From positions 128,001-192,000 of the IMG/VR virus record IMGVR_UViG_3300023174_000048: 64,000 bases of DNA; one strand, given 5' to 3'. The translations under genes and the position numbers were made by a program. Below, piece by piece: positions 47,327 through 58,800 of this stretch; positions within the stretch are counted from its first letter, which is position 1; each line of letters starts with the position of its first letter. The stretch comes from a virus. Taxonomy: Duplodnaviria > Caudoviricetes. The notes under the pieces were generated by a model. The model saw only the letters and a list, made by a program, of their open reading frames with translations. It made no database searches and was not told the DNA's origin.

Positions 47327-50300
47327 TCATATTTGTATTATAGTAAGATCATCTACATAACCAGTAAATGTTGAGCCTCCCCAACATTCCGCCAATATTT
47401 CAACAACACCCGCTTCGGTAGGAGTGAAGCTTAAGGAAACTTGTTCCCAAGTATCTGCAGCTGCTGTCATATATCCAGTAACATCGTTAGTTACTCCTGC
47501 TATTTGTCCGCCCTTCACTCTTAATCTCATTATTAAACCAATGGCGCTTCTTCTCATCCAAGCCTTAACAGTAACCTGACTATTTGCACTAACAGCAACA
47601 GTTGCTAAACTAAGATCCAAAGGAAAATTTACATATCTAACATTTACGTTAGTCGGAGCCATTGCCCAAGCAATGCCGTTATTGCTGTATCTAACAGACG
47701 TTGTTGAATAGATTAATCCATAGTCACACCATATATAATGAAGATTAGGTGTTTGATCATGATTATGAGAGAATATCTTACTATTATTACCATATCCGGG
47801 GGATGCTATAGCTACTTCAGTAGTATCATTTAAAGCGCAGTTAATAAAATACGTTGGTCCACCAGTATTATTTCTATGAGAAGCTGTAGTATTTGTAGAG
47901 AATGTAATATTTTTGAAAATATTGTTCCATCCAAGAGTATTATTGTCTAAACCATAATTCCAATTATCGGATATTGTTCCACTATTAGCAACTAGGTTGT
48001 GAGCAGAAATAAAGGATATACCATTGATATTATTTTTAATTGTAAAGTTATCTATTGAATTATATTGAGCATTATAATACTGAATTCCTGGCCCATTATT
48101 ACTGCATATAATCATATTTTTAAATGATGTCTGTCCTAATTGAGCAAATGCGTAAACTCCACCAGCACTACTATAGCAGCAATATATAGTATCGTATGTA
48201 AAATTTCTGTGTTCTCTGGCGTAAAGACCAAATTGATCACAATTATTACAATGACAGTTTGTTGCTGTAGAATGCATATTTCCTGGTAAGAATAGTCCAT
48301 AATAAAATCTAACAAAACAAGCTCTATCTACTGTTAGATTTCCACCAGAAAGGTAATAAGAATAATTTCCATATCCGAATCCGTTTCTTCCATCAAACCA
48401 TGTTTCTCCGGTTCTGGTACTCATATCAGTTCTGTTCCAACCAAAAGAATAATTAATAGGATTGCCAACCCCATAAGATTGAGGTGGTCTTCCTCCGAGT
48501 TGAAAATTCAATAAAGATGTTGTTGTAGCTGTGGCGGTCGCCGCCAATGGTGCCTTTATTGTTTCTCTTTTATATGTTGTTACTGTTTCGCTAGTTCCAT
48601 AATATCCTGGTATCTGTATGCTTGAAGACCCAATTGAAACCGGACCCCATTGTCCACCAGTATCAAGCATAACTCTTGTTCCATTAATGCTTTGGATACC
48701 ACACCAAGTTTCTCCGCTAGTATTTTTTCCAATCAACGAACAAAGATTAAGACTATCTGCACTAGAGCTTGCCTTACAAGCAATAATATTAGATAACAGA
48801 AATGTTTGGGCTCCATTATCAGTATTCACATAGAATCCTATACTTTGAATGCTCGCTCCTAAATTAGTACCAAGATCTATTGTTATAGGAGTCCATCTAT
48901 TGAGTACGGTCAGATTTTCGATGTTGAATGTATTTACTGCTGTGGCCCCTGCTGTATCAGAGCATAGCTTTAAAGATAATGCGCCAGATGCTCCTATTGT
49001 GCCTGCTGTTTGTTTTATCCAGAAACTGATCTGTTGATATCCGCTAAGATTCAAAGTTCCGGTCGCTTTGTATGCTGCTAATCCTGTAGTAAAGTTTACC
49101 CCAACAGCTATAGAGTCTGAACAGTCGCCTTCTTTGATGCCGCCCAAAGCATCAGTAGTAGCCAAAGATGTTGTTATATCAGCAGTCTGTGCTGTCCATG
49201 CTGTTCGTCCATTCCCTCTATTTCCATGACTGGCAATATTAACTATTGGGGATGATGCCAATATTACTCTTTGATTGGAAACTTTTCTTAAAAATCCGGC
49301 AGCTCCAACTCCGTTTCCTGTTGATCCTACAAGGGCGCAGGTTGATCCGCTAACACTAGTAACTTCCCATGTGCCGTTCGCATTGGTGTTGGTTGTGTGG
49401 CCGGTAACGACCACAGTATCTCCATTGCTTATTCCTAAAGTTGCCATGGTGCTAGCGCAAGTCATAACAATAGGAGAAGCGTTTGTGCTGCTACTCACAG
49501 AGTTTGCTCCTTGCATTTTTGAACCCACCCATGTGGCACTGCCAATACTAGTGGGATCGGTGCTACTCATTATTCGTAAAGTGTCATCACTTGCCAATCT
49601 TGTGGCCGACGCTCCTGTGCTAGAGAAAGTTTTCCATCTTCCTCCTATATAATATTGTCTGCTGCTCTGAGATGAAACCGCCGTTGCTGATGTTGGAGTT
49701 TGATTTATTCGTAAGCTAGTAGAGCTTAGCCTTTGGACTATATGATACATTATATAACTAGTTCCATTGAATATACTCAGATACTGCTCCGGAGGCTTTT
49801 CGTAAGTTGTTGCCGATGCGGCCTGCTCTATCTGTATACCACAAATATAAAGTCCACTATTATTATCTCCATTATATGTTGCATATGTTAATCCGGTATT
49901 ATCATTTGGAACCAAAATAATTTGTATATTATCTGCAGCACCATTGCTAGTAGCGGTTATTGATATTCTGTACCAACCGTTTCCTATGCTGCTTATTGCT
50001 GATGTGGCGCTTGCTCCTGTTTGCTCTATGGTGCCACTACTAAGATTAAATCTTGCGGCCTTAGCATCATTATCAAATCTCAAAATAACTTTTGTTCTTT
50101 CAGCAGCCTTGACATATACGGATATTGTATACTGAGTTGTTGCGGAGAGTGGATTATACCATGTTGTACTTCCCCAATAACGATTACTATTTTGTGAATC
50201 CTCCCATAGTTTATACACAGTAGCATCTACGCCACTTGGTCCTGTTATGGAGCTTTTTTCAACAAAGGACGCAGTACCAGCCAAACTATTTAAATATAAA

Positions 50301-50500
50301 CAGTTCGAGTACCAGGCAAGATTTTTTGTTGGAGCTAATGTTCCGTTATTTAAAAAATTTGCACTTGCAGAAGAAAATGTGCCAAACACAGTACTGGACC
50401 CGGCTGTTGTTGCTCCGTCTGCCGCACTCGCCAATAAAGCAAAACTAGTGCCAGAATAGTTATCATTTCCATTTTCATAATCTAAGTAAAATGTTGGCAT
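47327..50500 (-). CDS. Spike/fibre protein with CBM-like domain and C-terminal parallel beta-helix
   Basis: FYLDYENGND start; YTISVYVKAAE...GNGWYRISIT...LYICGIQIEQ (galactose-binding/CBM-like module); Asn-rich beta-helix rungs (NCHCNNCDQFGLY, NMIICSNNGPGIQY, NFTIKNNINGISF, GTISDNWNYGL). Confidence 0.75.
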   Translation of the reverse strand: MPTFYLDYENGNDNYSGTSFALLASAADGATTAGSSTVFGTFSSASANFLNNGTLAPTKNLAWYSNCLYLNSLAGTASFVEKSSITGPSGVDATVYKLWEDSQNSNRYWGSTTWYNPLSATTQYTISVYVKAAERTKVILRFDNDAKAARFNLSSGTIEQTGASATSAISSIGNGWYRISITATSNGAADNIQIILVPNDNTGLTYATYNGDNNSGLYICGIQIEQAASATTYEKPPEQYLSIFNGTSYIMYHIVQRLSSTSLRINQTPTSATAVSSQSSRQYYIGGRWKTFSSTGASATRLASDDTLRIMSSTDPTSIGSATWVGSKMQGANSVSSSTNASPIVMTCASTMATLGISNGDTVVVTGHTTNTNANGTWEVTSVSGSTCALVGSTGNGVGAAGFLRKVSNQRVILASSPIVNIASHGNRGNGRTAWTAQTADITTSLATTDALGGIKEGDCSDSIAVGVNFTTGLAAYKATGTLNLSGYQQISFWIKQTAGTIGASGALSLKLCSDTAGATAVNTFNIENLTVLNRWTPITIDLGTNLGASIQSIGFYVNTDNGAQTFLLSNIIACKASSSADSLNLCSLIGKNTSGETWCGIQSINGTRVMLDTGGQWGPVSIGSSSIQIPGYYGTSETVTTYKRETIKAPLAATATATTTSLLNFQLGGRPPQSYGVGNPINYSFGWNRTDMSTRTGETWFDGRNGFGYGNYSYYLSGGNLTVDRACFVRFYYGLFLPGNMHSTATNCHCNNCDQFGLYAREHRNFTYDTIYCCYSSAGGVYAFAQLGQTSFKNMIICSNNGPGIQYYNAQYNSIDNFTIKNNINGISFISAHNLVANSGTISDNWNYGLDNNTLGWNNIFKNITFSTNTTASHRNNTGGPTYFINCALNDTTEVAIASPGYGNNSKIFSHNHDQTPNLHYIWCDYGLIYSTTSVRYSNNGIAWAMAPTNVNVRYVNFPLDLSLATVAVSANSQVTVKAWMRRSAIGLIMRLRVKGGQIAGVTNDVTGYMTAAADTWEQVSLSFTPTEAGVVEILAECWGGSTFTGYVDDLTIIQI

Positions 50501-51546
50501 TATACGTTCCTACTTAAAGATGTTTGGAATGCTTGTATAGCATTGTAGTAGTTTGTTACCTGTGTACTGTCCATCGAAAGTCCTATTGAATAGGATGCTA
50601 ATGTTCCTGTGGTCATACCGTCACCAGTAGTCCCGTTATCATTTAGTGCGAATACCCAGTAGGTCAAACTTTGAGCTGTTCTTGTTGATGGAGTTGCTGT
50701 TCCTTGTTGTGTGCTATTTTTGTAGATAGTGCTACTTGTAGCTGTAGCATTAGTACCAAACCAAAAAGCTCCGGTTTCAGCATAAGAACTAGCTGATGCT
50801 CTGTTATTTCCTCCTAAAGAGGAACATCCATAAATTAAAGGAGAGGTTGCGGCATTAGTCAATAGGTGTTCATTATTACTAGATGCTCCTCTGGAACCTA
50901 TTCTAGTTTTATAAGAACCAGAAGGCTGTGATCGCTCATAAATGGATAAATGACAACTATTAACTCCCAAATCAGTTTGTTTAAGTCCAGTATCCAATCT
51001 TTTTAAATTATTACCATTTGGGGATAATCCTCCATTAGCTCCGGTTTCGGCATAGTCAGATGAAATAAAATTATAATTCATATCAGAAAAAAATCCATAA
51101 TTAGTAGAATATATTCTACCAATTTCTAGCGATACTGGACCAACATAAAGAGGAACTAAACAAGCTTGCAAATTATTTCCACAAAATAAATTAAGTCTAT
51201 AGAATCTGTTTCTTATTCCTGCATTGTCTATGGCCGCACAGAAAGTATTTAAAGCTGATATTGTTGTACTATTAGCACTACCTCCATTCCAAGAAATAGT
51301 ATTCAGCCAATTCTGAACATCTATATGATTAGAACTGACATTTATTATCGGACCAGTCAATCTATTATTATAAGCAGCAACAAATGGTTGAGCATTATAT
51401 GCAACATCAAGACCTAATGTATTTTCATTCTTCGCTATAACTCTAGCTAATGGTTGAGCTAAATAAGAAGTATCTAAAGTCAGTAGTTGACTTTTTTTAG
51501 GTAGTCTAGTTGATCCTTTTATGAAATTTTGTCTTATACTAAACAT
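50500..51546 (-). CDS. Fibre-associated protein with a possible LamG/concanavalin-like C-terminus
   Basis: The track starts it at 51582; ATG at 51546 lies just after the upstream stop. ALNTFC..ID.AGI....YRLNLFCG motif; C-terminal SSTIYKNSTQQGT...YWVFALN...TLASYSIGLSM. Confidence 0.65.
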   Translation of the reverse strand: MFSIRQNFIKGSTRLPKKSQLLTLDTSYLAQPLARVIAKNENTLGLDVAYNAQPFVAAYNNRLTGPIINVSSNHIDVQNWLNTISWNGGSANSTTISALNTFCAAIDNAGIRNRFYRLNLFCGNNLQACLVPLYVGPVSLEIGRIYSTNYGFFSDMNYNFISSDYAETGANGGLSPNGNNLKRLDTGLKQTDLGVNSCHLSIYERSQPSGSYKTRIGSRGASSNNEHLLTNAATSPLIYGCSSLGGNNRASASSYAETGAFWFGTNATATSSTIYKNSTQQGTATPSTRTAQSLTYWVFALNDNGTTGDGMTTGTLASYSIGLSMDSTQVTNYYNAIQAFQTSLSRNV

Positions 51547-51548
51547 GA

Positions 51549-54500
51549 TTAACCATAATTTTGAGAAAAACTTCCATACCAATAAGTTCCATCGCTAATA
51601 AAACTATATATATCAACTTTACTAGCAGTAATTGTTGCTGTTGGTGTGGCGCTATCGGCCCATCTTACGCCAGTAAATGTTGCGGTATAGTTTCCAGCAC
51701 CGCTATTCAAGAACAATGTGAAACTCTTACCAGCAGTTGCTGTTGGCATAGTAAATGTACAGTTACCGGTTAGGGTACAAGTATGGACCGTTCCGCTGGT
51801 CAAACTGAGAGTTTTACTAGTCCCACTATTACCATTAGCTACTACGCTTTCAGTATAGCTAGTAAAAGTAACATTACCATTAAGATTAATTTGATTACTA
51901 ACAGCAGAAGTTATGTCTATTGCCCCATCGCCAGCTAAAACTAAGTCATATGGACCACTATCAATACTAATGTTAGTTGGACTATTATCAGTTATAGTTA
52001 GTCCATTAAATGATCCGGCTCCTAGTGAATTACCATTTACTAATCCAAATGAGGCATTACCATCAGCATCAATAGTCCAGTTGATATGAGATAATGTAGT
52101 AAGATCTCCAATAGTAACATCGCCAACAACACCACTGGCCCAATCATTATAAGATAATAATATATTAGAGGCTATATAATTACATTTAATCGTACCGTTT
52201 CCGCCATTAACTGGTTGAACATCTAATTCAGCTTCTGGAGATGCTGTTCCTATACCTATTCTACCATTAGATCTATCGGTATTGAAAAAGTCATTTGATG
52301 CAATATCATATAGCGTTAATCCATCAACACCGATTTCTGCAGCATAATTAGGTCCAGAGTCAATTAACCTTAAAATTGGCGTTACCGGATCAACATATAA
52401 TCCTTGGCCTCCACTGATAGGATCATTACCAGGACTACCGCAAGAAAAACTTCCATTAACTTGTAGTGTTGTAGTTGGACTAGAATTGTTTATTCCAATA
52501 TTTCCAATATTATTTACTCTTAGTCTTTCAACTCCACTAGTACTAATGCCGAAAGTATTTGCTGCTGGACTAAATAATCCGGTATCAGGATCATTAACAA
52601 ACTTAAATGATGGTAATAATGCTGTTCCTGATCCAGCAATGAATGAGCCTGTTGAGCTAACATCTCCATTAAGTATACTATTCCCAATAACATGAAGAAC
52701 ACTGGTGGGACTAGAGACTCCTATACCTAATCTATTATTAGTGCTGTCCCAAACTAATTGACCACTATCAGCAATTATATCGCTAGAACTACTCCAATAG
52801 GCTATATGATTAATAATACCAGTACCAGTAACAGGATTGGTAATAGTATTTTGTTTGTTATTTAATTGAGTTTGAATCGCACTTGTAACACCTTTGACAT
52901 AACTTAATTCAGTAAGAGATGGATAAGTTCCTGTGCTCAATGACACTACTTTTTTATTGCTGTCAAAACTAGCAATAGTACTAGCAGTTTGATCAGTTAA
53001 AAATAGTCCACTCGCTATTGATCCACTTCCAGTTATTGTTAATAATGACCCATCAAAAGTTAAATTAGATTCAGCATTGATACCTAATGATGATCCTGTG
53101 CTGGTAAGAACTCTATTATCTCCACTGTTTGAAATAGTTGGAAGTAAACCACTTACAGAGCTATTAAAATTACTAATATCAGAAGAAGTGTGAGTATGAC
53201 CACTAATACTAACTCCAGTACCATTAACTTGTAAAGCCTGAGTAAAATTACCAGTACCTATCACATGTAGTTGAGTACTGGGGGACATTGTACCTATTCC
53301 AACATTTGTTCCATTATCATAGATTAAACTATTACTCAATCCGCTAGCGCTACTCCATTTTGGAACGTATGAAGCTGTTCCTGTTCCTGTAACGGGATTG
53401 ATTAACGTTGTTTGTTTATTATTCAATTGAATTTGAATACCACTAGTAACACCCTTAATATAGCTTAATTCTGTTAGTGATGGATAAGTTCCTGTGCTTA
53501 ATGAAACTATATTTTTATTACTGTCAAAACTAGCTATTGTACTAGCTGTTTGACTACTGATATTAACTCCACTAGAAAATGCGCCTGATGTACTAACGCT
53601 TAAGCTACCAGCAATATCTACTGAGGCTCCTCCTGTTATACCACCATTACCATTGATAGAAACATTATATCCCATTCCATTAAAACCAACACCAATATCA
53701 TGATATGTATGAATAGTTCCATTACTTATAATAGTTTTCCAATCAGTTAAATCTGTTCCATTATTGGGATCATTGGCAATGTTTAATGTTGAATAAGTAT
53801 TAATACTACTCGAAGTAAAATTACCATTTATATTTGTTACAATGTCTCCATCAAAAGCCCATCCATTAATATTAGTAAATGTACTATTTAAATTGGTAGT
53901 ATCATTATAAGCATTACCAATATTTATAACTCCATCGCCTTCTGTGGCAGATTGAATATCTACTGTTTGAGCACTTCCAAATGTTGATAAAATAATACCA
54001 TTATTTGAACAATTTATGCTCGATCCTTCTAAGTTTTCTGGGTCGCTATAAACATTAAAACTGCCTTGAACATCTAATTTGGCTGATGGTGAAACCGTAC
54101 CCATGCCAACATTTCCGCCGCTTGCGACAACCAAATTTCCAGCACTATAATTACCACCGCCATAGTGGTAAGACCCATCACTCATTCTAAGTGCAAGAGC
54201 TTCATCATAATCTGTAGTAAAACCTAATTCTCCGCCTATTCTATCATCACCAAAGTAAATAGAGCCATATAGGCCAGCTCCAAATTTAGCGGCGCCAGAA
54301 ACATCGATAGCTAGTACATAAGGATCGGTAATAAATGTACCGACTCCATCAACTCTAACATCTCCAGAAACATGAAGTTTGCTAAATGGAGAATTTGTTC
54401 CTATTCCAACACTACCGTCATTACGCACACATAATCCGCTATTAAATATGGTATTAAAATATATTTCTTGTCTAGTATAAGCGAATCCACCACCTCCATA

Positions 54501-55841
54501 CTGAGTCCAACTAGAAAATTTAATTTTCCAATATCTTTCTGTTGGAACATGCTTCATAATTAATTCTACATTAGGTAAATTATATCCTAAATTACCTCCA
54601 ACAGTATTCATTAAAGTATCATATGTTCTAGTTTTGATATTAGTAATGTTTGACCATCCATCATTATTCCACAACGTATTTGATGGTCCGCTACTATCCC
54701 ATATTGATTGAAGTACTAAATTATATATTCCTCCACCATTACCTCTAGTTAATATTAGTGCTCCTGGTATGATGGTATCATAATCATTTGCATAAACGTT
54801 ATCTGGATGAGTATATGAGATTACAGAGCCGCTTCCTGTAACTATAGATGTATTTCCAATAATGTTTCCACCCATTACATGAATATTACCACTAACAGCT
54901 AATTTCTCTGATGGTACTGTTGTGCCTATTCCAATATTATTACCGCTTTGATAGATGATACTATTATTCAAACTTGATGAATTAGTAAATTTTCCTAAGT
55001 ATCCAGCAGCTCCTCCACTACTAACAACAACTCCCGTACTATTAACATTTAATGTTGTGAAATTTCCGCTACTAGTTGGAATCCATAATCCACTACCACT
55101 ATTATATTGAAGAAATTGTCCATTAGTAACACCACTAATAGCAACATTATGTAATTCTTCTAGTTCAAATCCATTTTGAACTCTTACTTCTACAACTCCT
55201 TCATTTTGATGGGTTCTTATTATAGTTCCAACATAAACCATATGATTAGGAGCTGTAGGTTTAGTTAGAGTTACGCTACCAGAAACCGATGGACTAAGCC
55301 ATAATGCAGAACCATTAACATCTCCAACTGGTGCAGTAGGGTTAAATTGATCAGTATTAACTCCGGTTAGCGCCCCGGCAACAACAACTATACCAGTACC
55401 CATACTTGATATAGCTTCCGAAGTGACACCATAAGTTTTACTAGATCCTGCCTCGTTACTAGCAATAGCCAGATTTATAGTTGGTTGATCGCCCTGACCA
55501 CCATTGATATAAACAACACTGAATTTGGGAATGGTGCTACTAGTTTTATTAAAGACAGCTGTGGTTAATGATCCGGCGCTTGTTACACGATCATGATTAT
55601 GGCCGCTAACGCTAACTTCAATCCCATTAACTTTTAAACTACTACTAAAATTACCACTGGCCGGAGTTATACTAGTTCCACTAATGCTAGTAACTCCAAG
55701 ATTAATTACAACATTACTGCTATTTTTAGTATACAATCTACCATCAGCAATATTTATTCCTAATTCACCCTGAGCTAATCCTGTAGCAGAAGGAGTAGCA
55801 CCACTTGTGCTGTTCCTTTTGTGTTGTATAGTATTTGGCAT
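51549..55841 (-). CDS. Long fibre protein (1430 aa)
   Basis: N-terminal KRNSTSGATP...GELGINIADGRLY; seven G-x-[IV]-G-[IM]-[GN]-x-x-x-P-x-x-x-L-x-V-x-G trimeric beta-helix repeats; C-terminal TLTGNCTFTMP...GKSFTLFL...W...PT.T...KVDIYSFISDG..WYG tip domain. Confidence 0.85.
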   Translation of the reverse strand: MPNTIQHKRNSTSGATPSATGLAQGELGINIADGRLYTKNSSNVVINLGVTSISGTSITPASGNFSSSLKVNGIEVSVSGHNHDRVTSAGSLTTAVFNKTSSTIPKFSVVYINGGQGDQPTINLAIASNEAGSSKTYGVTSEAISSMGTGIVVVAGALTGVNTDQFNPTAPVGDVNGSALWLSPSVSGSVTLTKPTAPNHMVYVGTIIRTHQNEGVVEVRVQNGFELEELHNVAISGVTNGQFLQYNSGSGLWIPTSSGNFTTLNVNSTGVVVSSGGAAGYLGKFTNSSSLNNSIIYQSGNNIGIGTTVPSEKLAVSGNIHVMGGNIIGNTSIVTGSGSVISYTHPDNVYANDYDTIIPGALILTRGNGGGIYNLVLQSIWDSSGPSNTLWNNDGWSNITNIKTRTYDTLMNTVGGNLGYNLPNVELIMKHVPTERYWKIKFSSWTQYGGGGFAYTRQEIYFNTIFNSGLCVRNDGSVGIGTNSPFSKLHVSGDVRVDGVGTFITDPYVLAIDVSGAAKFGAGLYGSIYFGDDRIGGELGFTTDYDEALALRMSDGSYHYGGGNYSAGNLVVASGGNVGMGTVSPSAKLDVQGSFNVYSDPENLEGSSINCSNNGIILSTFGSAQTVDIQSATEGDGVINIGNAYNDTTNLNSTFTNINGWAFDGDIVTNINGNFTSSSINTYSTLNIANDPNNGTDLTDWKTIISNGTIHTYHDIGVGFNGMGYNVSINGNGGITGGASVDIAGSLSVSTSGAFSSGVNISSQTASTIASFDSNKNIVSLSTGTYPSLTELSYIKGVTSGIQIQLNNKQTTLINPVTGTGTASYVPKWSSASGLSNSLIYDNGTNVGIGTMSPSTQLHVIGTGNFTQALQVNGTGVSISGHTHTSSDISNFNSSVSGLLPTISNSGDNRVLTSTGSSLGINAESNLTFDGSLLTITGSGSIASGLFLTDQTASTIASFDSNKKVVSLSTGTYPSLTELSYVKGVTSAIQTQLNNKQNTITNPVTGTGIINHIAYWSSSSDIIADSGQLVWDSTNNRLGIGVSSPTSVLHVIGNSILNGDVSSTGSFIAGSGTALLPSFKFVNDPDTGLFSPAANTFGISTSGVERLRVNNIGNIGINNSSPTTTLQVNGSFSCGSPGNDPISGGQGLYVDPVTPILRLIDSGPNYAAEIGVDGLTLYDIASNDFFNTDRSNGRIGIGTASPEAELDVQPVNGGNGTIKCNYIASNILLSYNDWASGVVGDVTIGDLTTLSHINWTIDADGNASFGLVNGNSLGAGSFNGLTITDNSPTNISIDSGPYDLVLAGDGAIDITSAVSNQINLNGNVTFTSYTESVVANGNSGTSKTLSLTSGTVHTCTLTGNCTFTMPTATAGKSFTLFLNSGAGNYTATFTGVRWADSATPTATITASKVDIYSFISDGTYWYGSFSQNYG
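52825..53560 (-). repeat. Duplicated QTASTIASFD...TYPSLTEL module
   Basis: Two near-identical copies at about 53380-53560 and 52825-52995, and a third at about 59840-59985 in the neighbouring fibre gene. Confidence 0.85.
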
Positions 55842-55857
55842 TTAAATCTCTAGCTAA

Positions 55858-58800
55858 TTAGAACGTTCCACCATCTAGTGAACAATCAACAATAGAGGCA
55901 CATACTGTTGCTGCTGTTAAGTATGTTGCAGTAGTTACTGCTGTTACGTGTCCCATTCCGTCAACAGTGAAACTAGCAATACCATTACTTCCTTGGGCTC
56001 CGCTTAGAGTTGATGTGTCATTATGTCCAATTGTTATACTACCAGTACTATTAGTAATATCTATTGCTGTACCTTGTGTCAATGTGGCTTTAGTTAAAGT
56101 ATTTCCAGTAGAATTACCAATTAATAATTGACCATTAGTATATGTAGTATCTCCTGTTCCACCATTAGCAACAGGTAATGTTCCAGTAACATGAGTGGTT
56201 AATCCAATCTTACCCCAAGACGGTGCAACTCCTACTCCGCCAGCTAGTAGAGCATTACCAGTAGCAACATCGGCTAATTTGGCTAAAGTAGATGAGGTAT
56301 CAGCATATAATAAATCACCAACAGCATATGAACTTTGACCAGTTCCGCCCTTATTAGCAGCTATAGTTGTGGCGCTCCATGTGCCGGTACCAATTGTTCC
56401 AAGAGTTGTAATATTGGTGCTTCCTGCCCAGGTACTAAGAGCAGTATTTTGTACATTATCAAGACTTAAATCTGTTTTAAGTTCTGATGCTGAACGACTT
56501 GTTACAGTATTATCAGCATTCACTCTAATAAAAGAAACCGCACTAGGATTAGTTAGTGTGAAGAAATTAGAACCAACAGTAGTAGCTCCTAATGATGTTC
56601 TATAAGTAGAATTACTTTCTGTAGATACCGTATTATCTGCGTTTATTTTTGGAAAAGTAATTGCTGAAGGATTAGTTAAATTGATAAGATTTCCACCAAC
56701 TGTTGTTGGAACAAAAGATGAATTTTTAATGAGTTTGCCAGTAGCTCCATTATATACTGCTAAAGCATTATCTGTTGATGAAGCTGGTCCCACAACAGCC
56801 CCATCAATATTGGTTTGAGCAACAGTCCAGGTACTATTTACATTACCAGCAGCATCAGCAACACCTATAATTAAATCTCCAATTTCGCAAACCACACCAG
56901 CATATGTTCCTGTTGCAACCACCCTATAGGTCCAACCAGCACTGATTGTTCCTGTTGGAAGAGTTCCTGGCGTACCTCCTCCAATAGTACCTTTAAAAAT
57001 CATAGCATCATTAGCAGCTAATAAACTATCAACATAAGTTATAACAGCATCTGCCCTAGGAATAGCAGTAGAGCTACTAGATAGAGTGGTTTGTACGCTA
57101 TATCCATCAGATAAAGCATCTCCTGTTGTTCCATTCCATATCGGAATATTGCCATTAGTTGAAGATGCTAGCTTTTTAATTTGAGCATCATTAGTAACAT
57201 TGCTTAATCCTACCTTAGATTTAGCTAAACTACTTATCCATGTTGGATCAGCATATGAACCAGATGTATACACTCCACTGGTTACTGTAGCAGCATTTCC
57301 ACTAATGCTTATATTCCATGTTCCAGTAGCATTAGTTCCGCTTATGGAAGGAGATCCAATACTGTTATAAGAAATGGTTCTTGCTGCACTACCATTAAAT
57401 GTGAAACTGGAACTATCACCAGCACCACCATTATTAATAGTGATAGAATTAGTAGTATTTCTAGTATCGCTTAGCCTACTATCATTACCCTGGCAGAAAG
57501 TATTAGCTGTTGATCCAAAGTTTCCTGTTGTTAATGCTCCAGCAGTTGTTGTTATAATTGGCAAGTTGGCTGTTGAGCCGATAGCGCCAGCATTTGTTAT
57601 ACTACCTAGTTGTGGTATGTCACTAGATACTAAAGCTCGAAAAGATGGAGCACCAGAGCTTCCATTAGGAGCAGCCAAAACAGTATTAGCAGTTTTACTT
57701 CCATAAGGATTTACAGTATCTCCATAAGCTGTTGCTAATCCAAGAGTATTACCGGACTTAGTTAAACCAGAACCAGCAGTAATTTGACCAGCACCGCTAA
57801 ATTGAGCAAACGCCAACGCTGTGGTTCCTAATGTGATAGAATCATTAGTTGTTAATACCCAACCGCTATCAGCATTGGTTGTACCTTCTGCTACAAAAGT
57901 AAACATGCCAGCAGTAACTTCAGCATCAAGATCAGCATCTGTTGCTCTGCTCCAAGCTCCTGCGGCAACAACATAAATACCATTTTGACTACCGGTACTT
58001 TGGTCTTTAACAAGAACTCTATCTCCGGCACTTAAAACAACACCGTCAATAGTTTGAGTTCCAGACAGAGTTATATTGGCTGTGGTGGCAACTCTAACAC
58101 TTTGCTTCACATCAAGGCCGCTTCGTGCAGCATCAACATAAGCTTTTGTTGCAGCATCTTGGGGATTGGTCGGATCTAACACATTGGTTAAAGCTTGACT
58201 ATTCATTGAAACAGAAGCTGTCGGTACCGCCATCTGATCCAAACGGTTAGTTCTTACAGCAGTATTAAAATCATTGATATTGCTGGCTACTAACCCAGTA
58301 CCAGTAACGGTAAGATTTCCTCCAATACTAACATTTCTAAAATTACTAACATCTCTATTAGCGTCTGCAGTTACAACCTTATTTGCCTGTACTGTTCCAA
58401 CAGTTGTAATTCCATCAATTCTACCTAATTCTGTTGTATCTAGAGTAACACCACTAACTGTAATAGTGCCACCATTAACCGTTAGAGTACCTCCTAGTGT
58501 CTGATTACCTGTTGTTCTAACTACTGTAGAATCAACTGCTATTGTATCTGCTGTTACACTAATACCATCACCTTGTCCAATATCAAAAATCTTATCAGAA
58601 CTTAAGTCTCCTCCACCAACCAATCCGCTTCCGGCAGTAAGCGTTCTTGATGTGTAAACCCCACTTGTTACTGTAGCAGCATTTCCATTTATACTAATTC
58701 CCCATGTTCCTGTAGCATTAGTTCCACTTATTGACGGGGCCCCAATACTATTGTAAGATATTGTTTGAGCAGTATTTCCATTAAAGGTGAACGAAGATGC

